From Fimbriosthenelais zetlandica (Eukaryota): 64,000 bases of DNA. Shown here in pieces: positions 37,111 to 50,300 of the stretch. The notes beneath the pieces were generated by a model, which was not told the DNA's origin, searched no databases, and saw only the letters and a list, made by a program, of their open reading frames with translations. The position numbers and the translations under genes are program-made. Position 1 is the first letter of the stretch, and every line of letters starts with the position of its first letter. The stretch spans positions 53,010,001 through 53,074,000 of the forward strand of contig OZ365109.1 in the NCBI GenBank assembly GCA_977030845.1, in the 5' to 3' direction.

Positions 37111-38751
37111 CCTCTAGCTGACAAGACCTTACCCCATCTATTGTCTCCAGGCCTGGAGGAAGCCCCCTGGACTGTCCTCAGGGCTTTTCTTATCTCCCAA
37201 CCCTCCATCAGCCACTGTTTATTCTTTCCCCTACTTTGCCCGCCAATTATTCCCGCCTCTTCATCCAGCATCTACCGTTGCTGTGGTTGGTATATTATGT
37301 GTGTTTGTTGGTGGGAGCGGGGTATGTACGTTCATACGCCACTGGGACTGTACCCTGGTAGTGACAGGGAATGAATCTGGTGAGGTTTTGACTTTATGTT
37401 TATTGATACTTTCCTTTTGTCCGAGTAGTTGCCGTGTATCTGGAATATTGATTAAACAACGGAAATATACTTGAAATTAATTTTTATTCAGTTTCAGTGC
37501 TCAGTATAGTATATATATCGGGACATGATCAGATATTTGCCTTAATTGATTTACCATAAATTATTTTGATCATATACATTTGTATTTCGACTTATAACCA
37601 TTCATATAAACTTTCTAGATTCCATTTTTCTCTAATTAAAATTATCAGATTCCATAATTATCCAACAACGGTCTTTCACTTTGTCAGAGTTTATAACCAT
37701 TAGATCCAGTTTCCCTATACTACTAACATTGGACTAGGGTTAATTACATTGAGATTCCACTCATTCCCCTATACTACTTACACTCAATTAAAAAAACCCC
37801 ACTTACCCTTTATGGTAAGTTTCTCTAACCATGGTAATTAATTCAATCAGAGAAATGGCTTCGTTCTGATTTTACGATTGCTTGAGCTTAAACAAACAGA
37901 TATGAAGACGGACGGCAACAAAATCGGGTTAGGCGGCAACCAGACAAAACCTTCCATGGTTTAGCTGCTTTATTGTTCTGGATTTTCCCCTTTTATTGAA
38001 TACGAATGCAATTGGCAGTAAGCCTACATTTTGATCCCCATCAAGTGAGAAATTGAACTCCTGAATATCGTCCAAGATCAAACTTTTGGTTCAGGTTTTG
38101 TTGGGGGAGACTAGGCCGACATTTTAGCTTTATGTATACAATGGCTCGTGTATGCTGTTAATTTATTGACGCGATAATTGATGCCTTCATGTGTACATAT
38201 GCTTTATGTCTTTTCCCTTTCATGATTCATGGACACGTTTATAAAAATCCATTAGGCAATGGATGTTTACCTATATTATAAGGGAACATATCAAAATCTT
38301 TGAACTGGCTTTAAACTTTCGAGATTCATTAGTATGTTAATATTTGCCTGTATATATTAAGTGGATACGTCGACACAACTGGCCCTAATTAAATAGCCCT
38401 GATAGTCAGATGTGAGCTATATGAAGATTCATCATACCACACGAGTTGACTTTTCCCCTTACTCCACTTTGTCATGACCACCTATACCTTAATACAGGCT
38501 TTACAAACACCAGGACCACCAGCACTGATTGATATGTATCCACCCCGAATATTTGATCAGCAGATATCAACAGCTTCTGGCCAAACATAAGACATGTTTT
38601 GCAGACACATATTATGGACTGCAACTCACCAACATACACCCAATCCATCAAATTCATATTGGAGTGGCGAGCTATAGAATGGACCACTGACTGGTTATTC
38701 ATTCCACGCCACCTGTGGGACTTGAGAGATTCAAGAGGGCAAGACACTGAC

Positions 38752-38822
38752 GTTTCCTAGCAACCGTGCATGCGCACACGCGAGGCCAGTCTCAGCCCGC
38801 GCGTGAAGGCTACTTTGATTGG
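38752..38822. promoter_or_regulatory. Promoter-like motif cluster (RFX X-box, NRF1-like, CCAAT)
   Basis: GTTTCCTAGCAAC (38752-38764), GTGCATGCGCAC (38766-38777) and GATTGG (38817-38822) within a CpG-rich patch. Confidence 0.4.
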
Positions 38823-41225
38823 AAATAAAGTCTTGCTTTCCACTCACGCCTCTCACAACAAACCTCATCCCGCTGACTATGTTAATAAGAGCCACATGTT
38901 TCACTGAAGTCACCATAAATACATGTATATACGAGTGGTGTGCTCAGCTATACTTTCCCTTACTGAAAATCATCAATTGCATACATGTCCATTTCATGTA
39001 TGATAATTGTATTTTATCCATCATTGGATTTGAAATTTAGACTAATGCAGCACAAAAGTCTGATCCAACCTTAGTTTTGTTGACAATTTCTCAGGGATAT
39101 GAAAAGCTATATTATGAATATATATTCGTAGGTAGTCTGTGGAATGAGGGAGGGCTTAGGAATGGAGGTTTTTGCCATTTTTATCCACAGGGTGCGCCTC
39201 CGAGCTTAGTGGGGATTGTTCAATAGAGGGATTTTGGGGACCTTTGGCGAATGGCCTCAGCACTTGCCTAGTCCAATCCTGTCCAGTTTTCCTTTGAATG
39301 GCGACCCACAGTAAAGTCTATAGCAGTGGGTTTCTCTCATCGGATATTACACAATATGGCTACCAAATTTTAACAGGTTGTAGTTCTGATTTCATTCTAC
39401 ATGAACTACATCATTCTACATGATGCAAGTTTGATTAAACAGATATGGAATATGAATGGCTTGACTCAATATCTTTGAAAAATAGCTTTGCATTACAGGT
39501 GATTAATGGTACCTTAATGCATTGTGAATGGAATGATTTCATGGCTGGTGATATAAGCTTTAGACACGCAAGTATTTCTCTCTCCATGAATATATTATGT
39601 ATGTATACATATATATACCAGACATGAAACTTGGTGCAAAGTAACCAAAGGAACCTGTATCGAGCTCATACTTCAAAATTTATGACGCATGGTACGCTAC
39701 CACTGCTGTTTGAACAAACTTTTATTAGGTTTTTCAATGTGAAAGTTCTACTCTCAAGAACTATTGCCTCAATAAATTAACCATTCATTGATGATGGAAT
39801 TTATGATCGTTCTTGAGCCTAATGTAAGTTTCTCAATGCCTATATCATTGAATCCGGCATTAGGTTTACATGAAGGGTTTATATTATTCCAAGTTGTTGG
39901 CAGCTATTGGCCTGGAAGAAGGGGCTCATTTGTTTGTGGTGATCGAAGCACTAGAGATTCTGAAAGGGAATCCTCACAGGAGAAAGGCCCAGATGTAGTG
40001 GAATCCTTATTTGGGAACCCCTAAAAGCTGAACATAAAAAGACGCTTGGAAATGTGGATCCGCCCAGTTTCTCAGCTTGATCCGGGCTCAGCCCCGTGCT
40101 AGCTGTATTTAATGGGAACTAAGAGTGTCCCTAATAGCTCCCTTGTCAGCCTATATATCCTCCAAGACCGGTCCCTTAACACTCCCTCTCCTACATACAA
40201 GGGAACGGGTCACTCCAACAGTCAAGTGGTAGGAAAGTCAAATTGGACTCTTTTAGCTTTCCATTGATGCGGGGATAGGTTTCTATAGGTGCCGGGATAG
40301 GATCGATAAGGTGGACACAAGAAGTGTTTTACTTGTCTAATGTGTGCCCAACTCTGGGGTTATCTAGACAAAGCCATGGTGAACTAGCCCTTTACCTTTG
40401 CTTCAGACTCCTTTCACTCAGACCTTGCTTCTCGGGTCTCTTCCTTACTGACCTGTGACAATTCGAAAGGAACCAGAGGTCCTTCGATGTCCCCCCTTCC
40501 AAAAGACCGGACAGTGGAAAAAATCACCACTGATATTTGATTTTCAGGCATTTGTGTGAGCCCTGAATTGCATTCATTTGTCGCATTGGAATCTAAAAAG
40601 GATATATATACAGTCTCATAAGATGGATGGGTAATATAATATTTATTAGATGCTGACTATGTAAATCCTGATATGACTGCCATGATACTCGAAAGATTCA
40701 TTAGAAAAGATTTTTCTTTCCCCACTCTTTCCCCTCCATTTGGAGTAGCTTTGTCCTGCATTGCAGCAAAGAATTCCCACTTCATATAATGCCAATGGAT
40801 ATCCTGAACTATTACCTTTACTTCTCAGTGGCAGAGTTGGCTTTATATTTTACTTTAGATAAAAAATCTTTAGACAGTCGCAATTCTAAACCAAATCACT
40901 GAACAAACTTTAGTTGACAAAGTCAAAACTTTCTAGACTTAACTTTCCTGTTATCACATCATTCAAAGCAAAACTATCAAATCACCATAAACGATGGAAA
41001 ACAATTTTTCATTTTCATTTCTGATAAAAGAGATTCTGTCAAGGACCTAATTTTGGGATGTTTGCCCTTGACTAAACGATCTACTGCAGTCATGTTTAGT
41101 AGGCTCTGTCTATGTGATTCTTTTTCACACTACTCGGGGACACTAGCGCCATGAACGTGGCAGGATGTATTACCAGGGTTGTCAAGGTCAGGGTGAGGCT
41201 GTCCATGATGTCACATGACTTCCGG

Positions 41226-41339
41226 TCAGTCAGATCGAGGCGTGAAAACAATTTTCACAGCACTGTCGGGGGTCATCACTGTCTTCAGCACAGGTTCAGG
41301 CAGAGGCAGTGCGGAGGAGATCTTAAAGTTCTGTATAAC
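41226..41339 (-). CDS. CYP10: CYP10 coding exon 11 (VIQNFKIS...VFTPRSD*)
   Basis: Acceptor TTCACTTGTAG|GTT, TGA at 41226-41228, typical mitochondrial-CYP C-terminus. Confidence 0.93.
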   Translation of the reverse strand, partial: VIQNFKISSALPLPEPVLKTVMTPDSAVKIVFTPRSD

Positions 41340-44300
41340 CTACAAGTGAAAAATATAAAAAGACAAAAGTTTATCAAAAGAAATGCTTGTTATTTCACAT
41401 CAAGAGGAGTTATATCTATAGAGATATAAACATTCTTTTTCATAATGATATCAGTTAACATTTACATGCTAAATTATGTGCTGTGAAGCTTGAAATACAT
41501 GTAAAATGTTTTGAAACACAACTTTCAGACGAGACACGTCTGGGGCCAGTTGTGAAGTAAGGTAACACTGTACGTGCATGTTTTGTCTGCTGGTGATGAT
41601 GTAAACAGGGCCATAGAAATCTATCACGTGCATGCATGTTGTGCAGGCCTTATTTTCTGATTTTGCCAATGTGCATTTGCTGCATGAGGCAAGCATCATG
41701 GCGACCGGAAAAAGCGCATGACTTGAGCTTCAATCGAAGTCTCGGGCACGTGATCACTGGCGAGATTTCCAGCAAAGATGGCGCCATGAGCCATGGAGTC
41801 AGAGTAAATGGGCGCTTGTGACTAATATATGGTATTATCATGGCAATATGAAATGCACTTTATGACCTGTAGGCCAGGGCAATGATCAGCCATTATTATG
41901 GCATTTTTGTGAGATGGATTTTGGCTACTTGTCCATATTCTTGGCAACCTCAGTCAATGTTCAGTCTTGTCCAAAGATTGGTAAATCATACACATCCTCT
42001 GCCCAAATCACTTTAAGAAATATCAGTAGTGGCCTATCATTCAGAGTTGATGTATAAAGATCTGCATGTAAAATATACACAGTGGCGTTCATAGAAATCA
42101 AATGATGCAGTCTTTTAACAGCAACTGGTTACATAGGCCTATATGTACTTGGCATCTTTTGAAGAATGTTTGAGGAAGTATTAAAAGTGAATGATATATG
42201 AGATGCTCTGATGTGAAACATACCTTTGTTAGAGCGATATATATTTCCTGCTCTGCAATCCGCCTTCCTGCAACACATTAGTTAATGTGATTAAATACAT
42301 GAGGTTTTTACATGGCGTTTGCATATCAGTATTAGTCGGGATGCCATCCAATACATTATAAGTACATTCTTTAGGTTTCTTTTGGACCAAATCCAAGTGA
42401 AATAATCGTCAGAATAGAGAAATTGTGAGATACCTAAACACATCCTTGCCCCATGACCCCAGGGTAAGTTAGTGAATGCCTTCAGGTTCTCGTCTGTCTG
42501 CCCACGCAGCCATCTTTCCGGACGGAATTCCTCAGGGTCGTGAAATAGTTCCGGGTCATGACCCATGCCGTAAAGGTTGGCTTGGACATGGGTCTGAAAG
42601 CACAAGAAAACGATGATACATATTTCATTATTTTCTTTCTTTTTCTCTTCAATATGGAAAGGCATGTTGTTCTTCCTCTAAATGTATAAACCAAATGCTG
42701 TACGAAGAACATAGAAATATCTTATATGCAGAATACAATATTAGAAAGTCCTTTGTACAAGGCCTGGGCATTTTAAAATGAAATTATTTAATGGTTCGCA
42801 GGTATTTCCGCATCAGAAATCAATGAAGCTTTAAAAAATGACTGAAAGCAATTACACCGTCAGACCTAATGACCCAAACCCATGGGGGGAAATAAATGAA
42901 AAAAATTAAAATAATTACGTTACAAAACTGAAAATCATTTTCAAAAATGAAAAAGCCAGTCCGAGAAAAAAAAACTGGAGGCAGCTGGCATCAATGATTG
43001 AAAAATGAAAAATCGAATGTTATGCAACTCTTCCAAAGATGACAGCATTTAGGAACCAATAATGAGAAGCAACATTTGGTAGACACTACCCGGGCGTCTC
43101 TACTTGAAGCGTGGTAAGTGAAGAGAGTCAGGCAGAGTTCCCACACCCATAGAATGGGGAATTACAAGGTGACAATTGCCATTTTCCACGGGTCAAGGAA
43201 GCTGCACTTGAGAAATCAGAATTCCGATAGAGAGCGCTGGGTGTTGATCCCACTTGTAGCCCTCATCATGGGCTTATAATGGAGTTTTATTAGAAGCCCA
43301 GGCGCTCACTCCCTCCTGTGATTTTTGGAATAGAGATGCCTTTCTGGTGAAAAAGATATTCCAAGCGCTTTACATGTCTCCTATGTATGGATTTTGTATA
43401 GCACTAGGATTGTGGGATTGAAGGCAAAATCCATAAAAGCTGAGATAGGACTATCGTTTTACTGTGCATGGCCGAAGAGGAGGATCTATCATATAGCCCA
43501 TTGTGATACTGCTCTATTGTTTACACAATTGTTTTTGGTAATTGCTGCCATTGCAGGCAACTTTTATGTCGGAAAATACATACTTCTGGAGATCAAAACA
43601 TCAGACCACGCATGTGAATGATAAGTTACTTTCTGAGAATATTGATTTGTAACATTGTTTTCAAAGGACACACCAACTAAACTGAGTATTTTCCAGAGGA
43701 ACTGATCATAAAACCAGTGATACTGACTATCTAGACTCATTACCTATTATTATACAGTCCCATTCACAGTTACCTGCTTTGCATTGACTTCTTAATTCAA
43801 AGAGTATTTAACGATTTTGTGCCTCATTTCTTACCCCTGCAGGAACATGGTATCCGCCAATCTCAAGATCCCGAGCGATGATTCGACTAGTGGCAAATGT
43901 TATCGGGTACAGTCTGAAAAAAGTAGAGTATGTAAATGTCTCTGGAGTAAAATAATTGCCATAAAATCGTATACAAATCTACAGTCCCTTCACTATGCGC
44001 AGGTCCATTCCCTCATTGCCTAACGAACTGTCTTTGAATTTACATTTTATATATCTAAGGGCACATGTTGGTTGTGCAATGGGGTTCTGTTCTCCCACGT
44101 GTGGTCTTCTATATATACATAGCCTATCACTCTAACGTTGCTCCCATTGCACAATTAACGAATTGGCGATTCAAAGGGCAACTGTTGGTTGTGCAATGAG
44201 GGATATACATCTTGCACGTATCATGAGGTCTCGTATATAGTCTTGGTCCACATCTCCCTCTAACCCTGCCCTGCTCCAGTAAGTGGATCAGGGGACATGG

Positions 44301-47300
44301 TGTATGTGGAATCAGTCGTAGCTGAGTGGGCGAGGCAGGATTCACTGGCTGAATGCTGGTGTAATCATCCTTTATCTATTGGTCTCCTACCCTGAGACCC
44401 AGAAAAAGATTCTAGGATTTATGTCCATCTTCTAGTAACGGCAAACCCGGCCCCTTTTGTAACCTGGGCCCATTGACCGTGGGATAAGGATTTATATACC
44501 ATCTACTGGCTACTCCTCATGAATCAATCTGATTATATACTCGAAAGCAAAGGAATTTTACAGAAAGCTGTACGATATACTACCCTATTACCGGGTATTG
44601 GTAATATATTCCATGGGGTATTTCAGGGTTGTCAAATTAAAGCCAATGCATTTTTATTTAGACAAGTTACTGCTCCATGCAGGACATGTCCAAATACCTG
44701 AAGTATGATCCATTGGGCAATGACGTTCTTATCTGCAAATAGATTCTACATTCTCAGATCCATTCTCATTCATCCATTTTATCATTCATCAAAACATTCC
44801 AAGGCAAATGGATGTCAATGATAACATCTTGTGAAAAGGTAACATTCAAGTGGACATGCTGGGGGACTTTATACCGTCTGAATGATCCCACTGGTACGAT
44901 TCATGCCAATGCGCCATTTAGCCATTGAAAGGACAATTACGTTAGCTGTCCACATGGAACATGCAAATCCAATAGATGCAGTCTTTTTGTGCTAATCTAA
45001 GGGACTGCAAGGAAACAAAAGTCTTGGCAAATGATCCTAGTGTAAGACCACAATCTAATCTGCTCTTTCCCGATGATAAAAGGTCTTAGCATGCAATGAA
45101 AAATACACATAGGATGAAATACACACTTCTACCAATCAGCCACGCCTGAAAACAAAATAATCACTTTCTACCCACGTCCATTACACCCATAATTAATCGC
45201 GGTTTCTTAAAATCTAATTCCAGCTTTCATTTCTTTCAATAATTAAATTCTCGATCAAAGTGGCAACTAATTAGTGCTGGCCGCCCAGGACGAGGCGGTG
45301 AAGCGAGTGTGGGCGTGCCAACATGACACCGTTTGCTTAAGAGGGATGAAGATGAACGTGCGCTGTATATAGGGAGGTTTTTAAAAGCTGTCTACCTGAA
45401 GGTTTCTTTAAGGACCGCCTTGAGGTAGGGCAGATGGGAAAGCTTGTCCGAGGTTAGGCTGGCTCGCCCGGGTAAAACTTCACTTATTTCCCGGTGGAGC
45501 ATGGCCTGGGCTGCTGGAGTGCGACAAAGGCAGAGCAAAGCCCACAGAGTGGCATTGCATGTCTGAGAAAATAGAAGCATGACATGCAAAACAAATGTTT
45601 GAACTTGTATGTCCTTGACATTTACTATTATGTCTATTAAAGCTTTTTACCTTAAAATTAAAATTGATAATGATATATATTCCATCTTGGGAATAAATAC
45701 TAGTCATTGTCAAGCAATAAAAAAGTGAATAGACTAAAGGGAATTAAATAGAATTAATTGCAATATAAGCCTAAATGTTTATATTTTTAGGTAAAAAATA
45801 CTGCGATTTTGTCAAGAAAACAGTGACAAGGACTTGAATCAGAGTCGACCAACTTGATTTACTCACGGTCTCCACGCCTCCTGTCATCATGTCTATGGCA
45901 TGAGAATTAACTTCTTCCGGTGTCAGTGATTCCTGGGTCAAAAGGTAGGTCAACAGTGCTTCATATTCGCCTTCGGGCACTCCCCGAGCAGCTGTTTTTC
46001 TCAGGGATTCCGCTCTCTGTGGAATAACAATTTATCGGATGATTGGTTAACTGTTTCATCATCGGCTTGGGTTAATATTGAAGGATATAAGTAGGCCTAA
46101 GTTCTGGGAGGTTTTTTTTTCAGTGAAAACACTAACCAAATGTTTACTGATTTTGGCGCTGATTTGTTTGGAACACATGAGTTCCATGATTGGAGAGAAT
46201 ATATAAGAGAGAAAATACTGCTTAAGAATTATGGGCAATTCCTAGTACAATGATGTGGCTATACATAAGCCATGAACCTAGACTATATTATTCTGGTAGC
46301 ATCCGTCATAATAATGGTTAGTCAGTAGGTAGACCATTCCCTGACAGGGTCAGGGATGATGCCTGGCAGCCAGAGTTTCCTGGGGATTGCAGACCAGGAG
46401 TCCGTTTGAATATTAACAATGTCAAGTCTGGATGTTTTTTTGATTTCCAATGGTCTCTGCAGGTCGTTGTACAACAATCATGCTTTGGTCTCATGGCATC
46501 CTGCAACCATGAGACCAAAGCAATGTAAAGTATGACCCTATCTGACAGGGTATTTTTTTTAAAGCGTGCGTCAAGTGAAATTTTTGCTGGTTTCGGTAGT
46601 TCTCCAAAATGTCTGGATATAAATATTGAGCTTCTCTAGAACTATAGAACATGACCGCCAGCAGCTCACGTATACGAGTCATTAGCGTCCCTCCCTGCTG
46701 GCGGCTCTAAACACTATAGCTTACTGCTCTCTGGTCCAGCAGGTCACACTAAACTTTCTCTTGCCAACACGCACGTACATATGTACGTAATTTAAGTTTC
46801 TCTCCACCTAATTTTGTAATGGTAACTTCCAATGAGATTTAAAGCCTTATCCTAGTCGACCATATAAAGATTTTATAATGTGTAAATCACTATAAAGTGA
46901 TTCGGCCCCAAATGACCTCCATGCCCCTCATTGAAGATAATGCTACCATCGGTATATAACTGATTTTCAGTAGAGAAAGAGATAGTTGTGAAGATCAATT
47001 CAGTATATAGAATTAATGCCAAGTGTCGTGTCCTGGTGCTCATTGTACAATATTAGATCTAGGCAGATTGTGCAATGAATCCCTCGAATCCCTATAATTG
47101 ACATATTCAAATTGACATGACACTATTCAAATTGTTATTCATTTAAGTTTACAACAGTTACAATTTGATGTGGAGGACAGTTGAATGTCCATGAATGGAT
47201 CTTTATAATCCCCGCCCCCACCATTATCGTCAACCTGGTTCTCAGGCGCCCAATGGAAAATAATGGATAACTCTGTTGGATGGATTCAGCCTCCCCATGC

Positions 47301-50300
47301 AGCTAGCCTTGGTTCATGACAGGTTAGCTTAGGGTCGGAGTTAAATGCTATGCTTATCTTACTAATTGCTCAAGGGAGCTGCTCCCAGAATTGGCCCACT
47401 CTAATGGCGGTCTGAATCCCCGGTACCTATTAACTGGCCTAACTCCCAGTGGTCTGACACCAATTAATGAAGAGAACATGGTAAGGGCGTATGTAAAGCT
47501 AACATGGTAAGGGCGTATGTAGTGTTTAATGATTGAACTCCTTCGACCTCACTCTAACCTCCCCTCCTTGGAACATACAACTGCCCTATATCATTTAGAA
47601 GTGTTCTGGCTGGCTCTGTGTGCTCCACTACTTACTGTTACATACTTGCGAAAAGCAGTGTTTTAACAATATTACAGGTACCACATTACATAGCAATATT
47701 AACAGTTATTAATTATCGTTGAAAGTATTAAAGACTTATAGGCTGTACTCCACTGGGCCAATTTTCTTGCGACACACAAGTTGTGGCCCTTGTCGCACTA
47801 GGAAAATCGCACTAGTAGAGGATAGTTATTAAACTGCATTGAATTTCCATTGACCATCAGATATGTCATATTGCAGACAGACAGCTAGTATTCTGTCAAC
47901 ATTTTAAGTTGGCGAGGTGGTAGGCCCGATAATCTGTCACCATTTTAAGTTGGCGAGATTGTATAGTAAGGCCTAATATTCTGTCACCAGAGCTCTATGT
48001 TCAATCATGTAATGAGTCATGGCCTGAAAGCCTGTAAAATAGACAGTCTATGGGTTGTCCCCAGTACCAATGACATTATCCTACCAAAAGTCCCTCTATA
48101 GAGGTAAAGTGAATGGGCATTAGGTGTCGGTCAATGCACTCAATATAATACATGCCTGCTCCAATATGATATTATGGAGATATAAACGCCAGAACACATC
48201 ATGAATCATTTTTATCCCCCACATGGCTATAGAGTTACTGATTTGATCTAGACCAAACTATTGTATTCATCAGCCCTCGTAGATATAAAAGATTGGGCTA
48301 GTGTAGCATACATTTTCTATATGTTTATGGACTGGGACATCAAGACTTCCAGGGCTGTCTGGTATATCTTCTTACCAGGACCTGTTTGTTCTAAACCGTC
48401 AACAAAAGGCGTCTTTTTTGCTAGACTCTGCTGGTAAACAAGGGTCAACCATACGATTTCCATGGAGTACTAATACTTTAATCAATCACGTAGGGAAAAA
48501 ATGGACATTTTTTATTGAGCTGTTGAAAAGGAACCGTCAACTAGGATGAAATATGGCTGAGCTATAACGCCAGTCACACCATTAGGGTGCAATTCCTTGG
48601 TTATAACATTACAGTCAAATCCATTGGGGTTCTCAATTTATCACTTTAAATTATTCGGGTGTAATTGACCCACATTGGGACCAGCCAGGCCAACGTTCGC
48701 CTTGAAATGACAACTAATTGCACTGAAACACCTGCCATAATGGTGGTGAATTATTGGACATGGATTCAATTTTCGGCTGAGGGTTGAGAGATGGAGTAAC
48801 AATTTTATAGAAAATTTATCATGACAGGATTGGCATACATATGCTTATTTTCCAGATCGAATTTGTTTTAGACTTATTCCAAGTGCCTTCTACACCTAAT
48901 AGGCAATTTAATTGTTCATGAGGGATAGCTAAAAGATTATGTTGTGAATTATAAATTATCAATCAATTACCACTTCTCACATAGTGGGTCAATATTTGAA
49001 AAATCCGCTCCTTCACCGGTAGTGGGCGAGAGCAAATGACTATGCACTCCAATCTTATATTATATCTGTTATCTGTTATATTATTACTAATGCATCACAT
49101 GCCTGATGAGCTTGCTTTACCTATAGCCTGTGAACAGGAGTCCCGACGCTCGAATACCCCAGTAATTCCCCACTCCACACGTCTGCACAGCCACTCCAAC
49201 AAAATACCCTTAATTGTTGCTAACAAAACATTATTGCTACAAGGTTAGAACTATCACACTCATATTTACAGTGTCATCTGCATGGAAAACAAGTTATAGA
49301 TTCGGAAATGAAAATGGTTTCCTTTTCTATAGGCAGGTTTGCATGTAAGGATTCTCTCCTGGTTTAGAAATTCAGATTGCGCATAATAGATAGCCAAGTG
49401 TACACACATTTAGGACTTCGATCCTATCCCATCCCAGTATAGTAATATAGTAATTTGTAATGAAGCCTCGTAATGCCCATTTCAACATGTTCAATACCTC
49501 TCATGACGTATTTCCCTATGGGGCCCGAAAGTAGTGACGTCATGATCAGAGTTGGGTGGGGGGAAACCCCTGGCACTGTGACCCAACGTGGAATCATTTA
49601 ATTCGAACAAACTAAGTTCCTGATTCTGAAAGTGATGAAAATGGACACTTACTGAAGTTCTAAGTTTAATATATATTTTAGTAGGTCCACTTCCGGGTGG
49701 TAACTACTCTGCTACATTTGCTCACAATTGTTTCTGGAGAAAGTAGTTGTAGGCCTTATAGGCCTTGGTGTCTGGAAGATTGCACAAAAGTATTGGATAA
49801 AAAATCCCCGTTCGTAATCATCAATATTACAAGTTGATTACATTATATAACGGTGTGCTTCTAAAATGAGTCTCAGCAAAGTCTATCTAAAGTCCGGCAT
49901 ATCGTCTAGGATTATCACATTATCGTAGCTTTCATAAGTGATTGTCTAGATGCTCAACATTGGTTTTTATCCAGCGTCAAACATTTATAAACTGATCACT
50001 GCTTGTGCAATCAGTCCCATTCATCATCTAGACAGACCGTTTATCAAGGATTGCTGTGACTTCTTGTCCTTTACACAAGGCGAGATGGAATTTGTCACGC
50101 AAGGGGACAATTAAGTATTTTATACTAATCTTGTTCCCAGTCTTTGGCTATGATAAGGGAGGCCTTACATAAAATAAATTATGAATTGCAACTTCCATAA
50201 TTTCTCCCAGTTTGTAGGCCTATAGCCCTATCCTAATGTATATTCCACATTGCCTATCTTCTTAATTCATATCCATTAATTTCCTCTTCTATTTTTCGGT

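Noticed and set aside
22606-41226. Functional CYP10 plus methyltransferase biosynthetic gene cluster
   Set aside because: The genes are 17.5 kb apart, separated by transposons. The predicted compartments differ (mitochondrion vs secretory pathway), and nothing in the sequence shows co-regulation.
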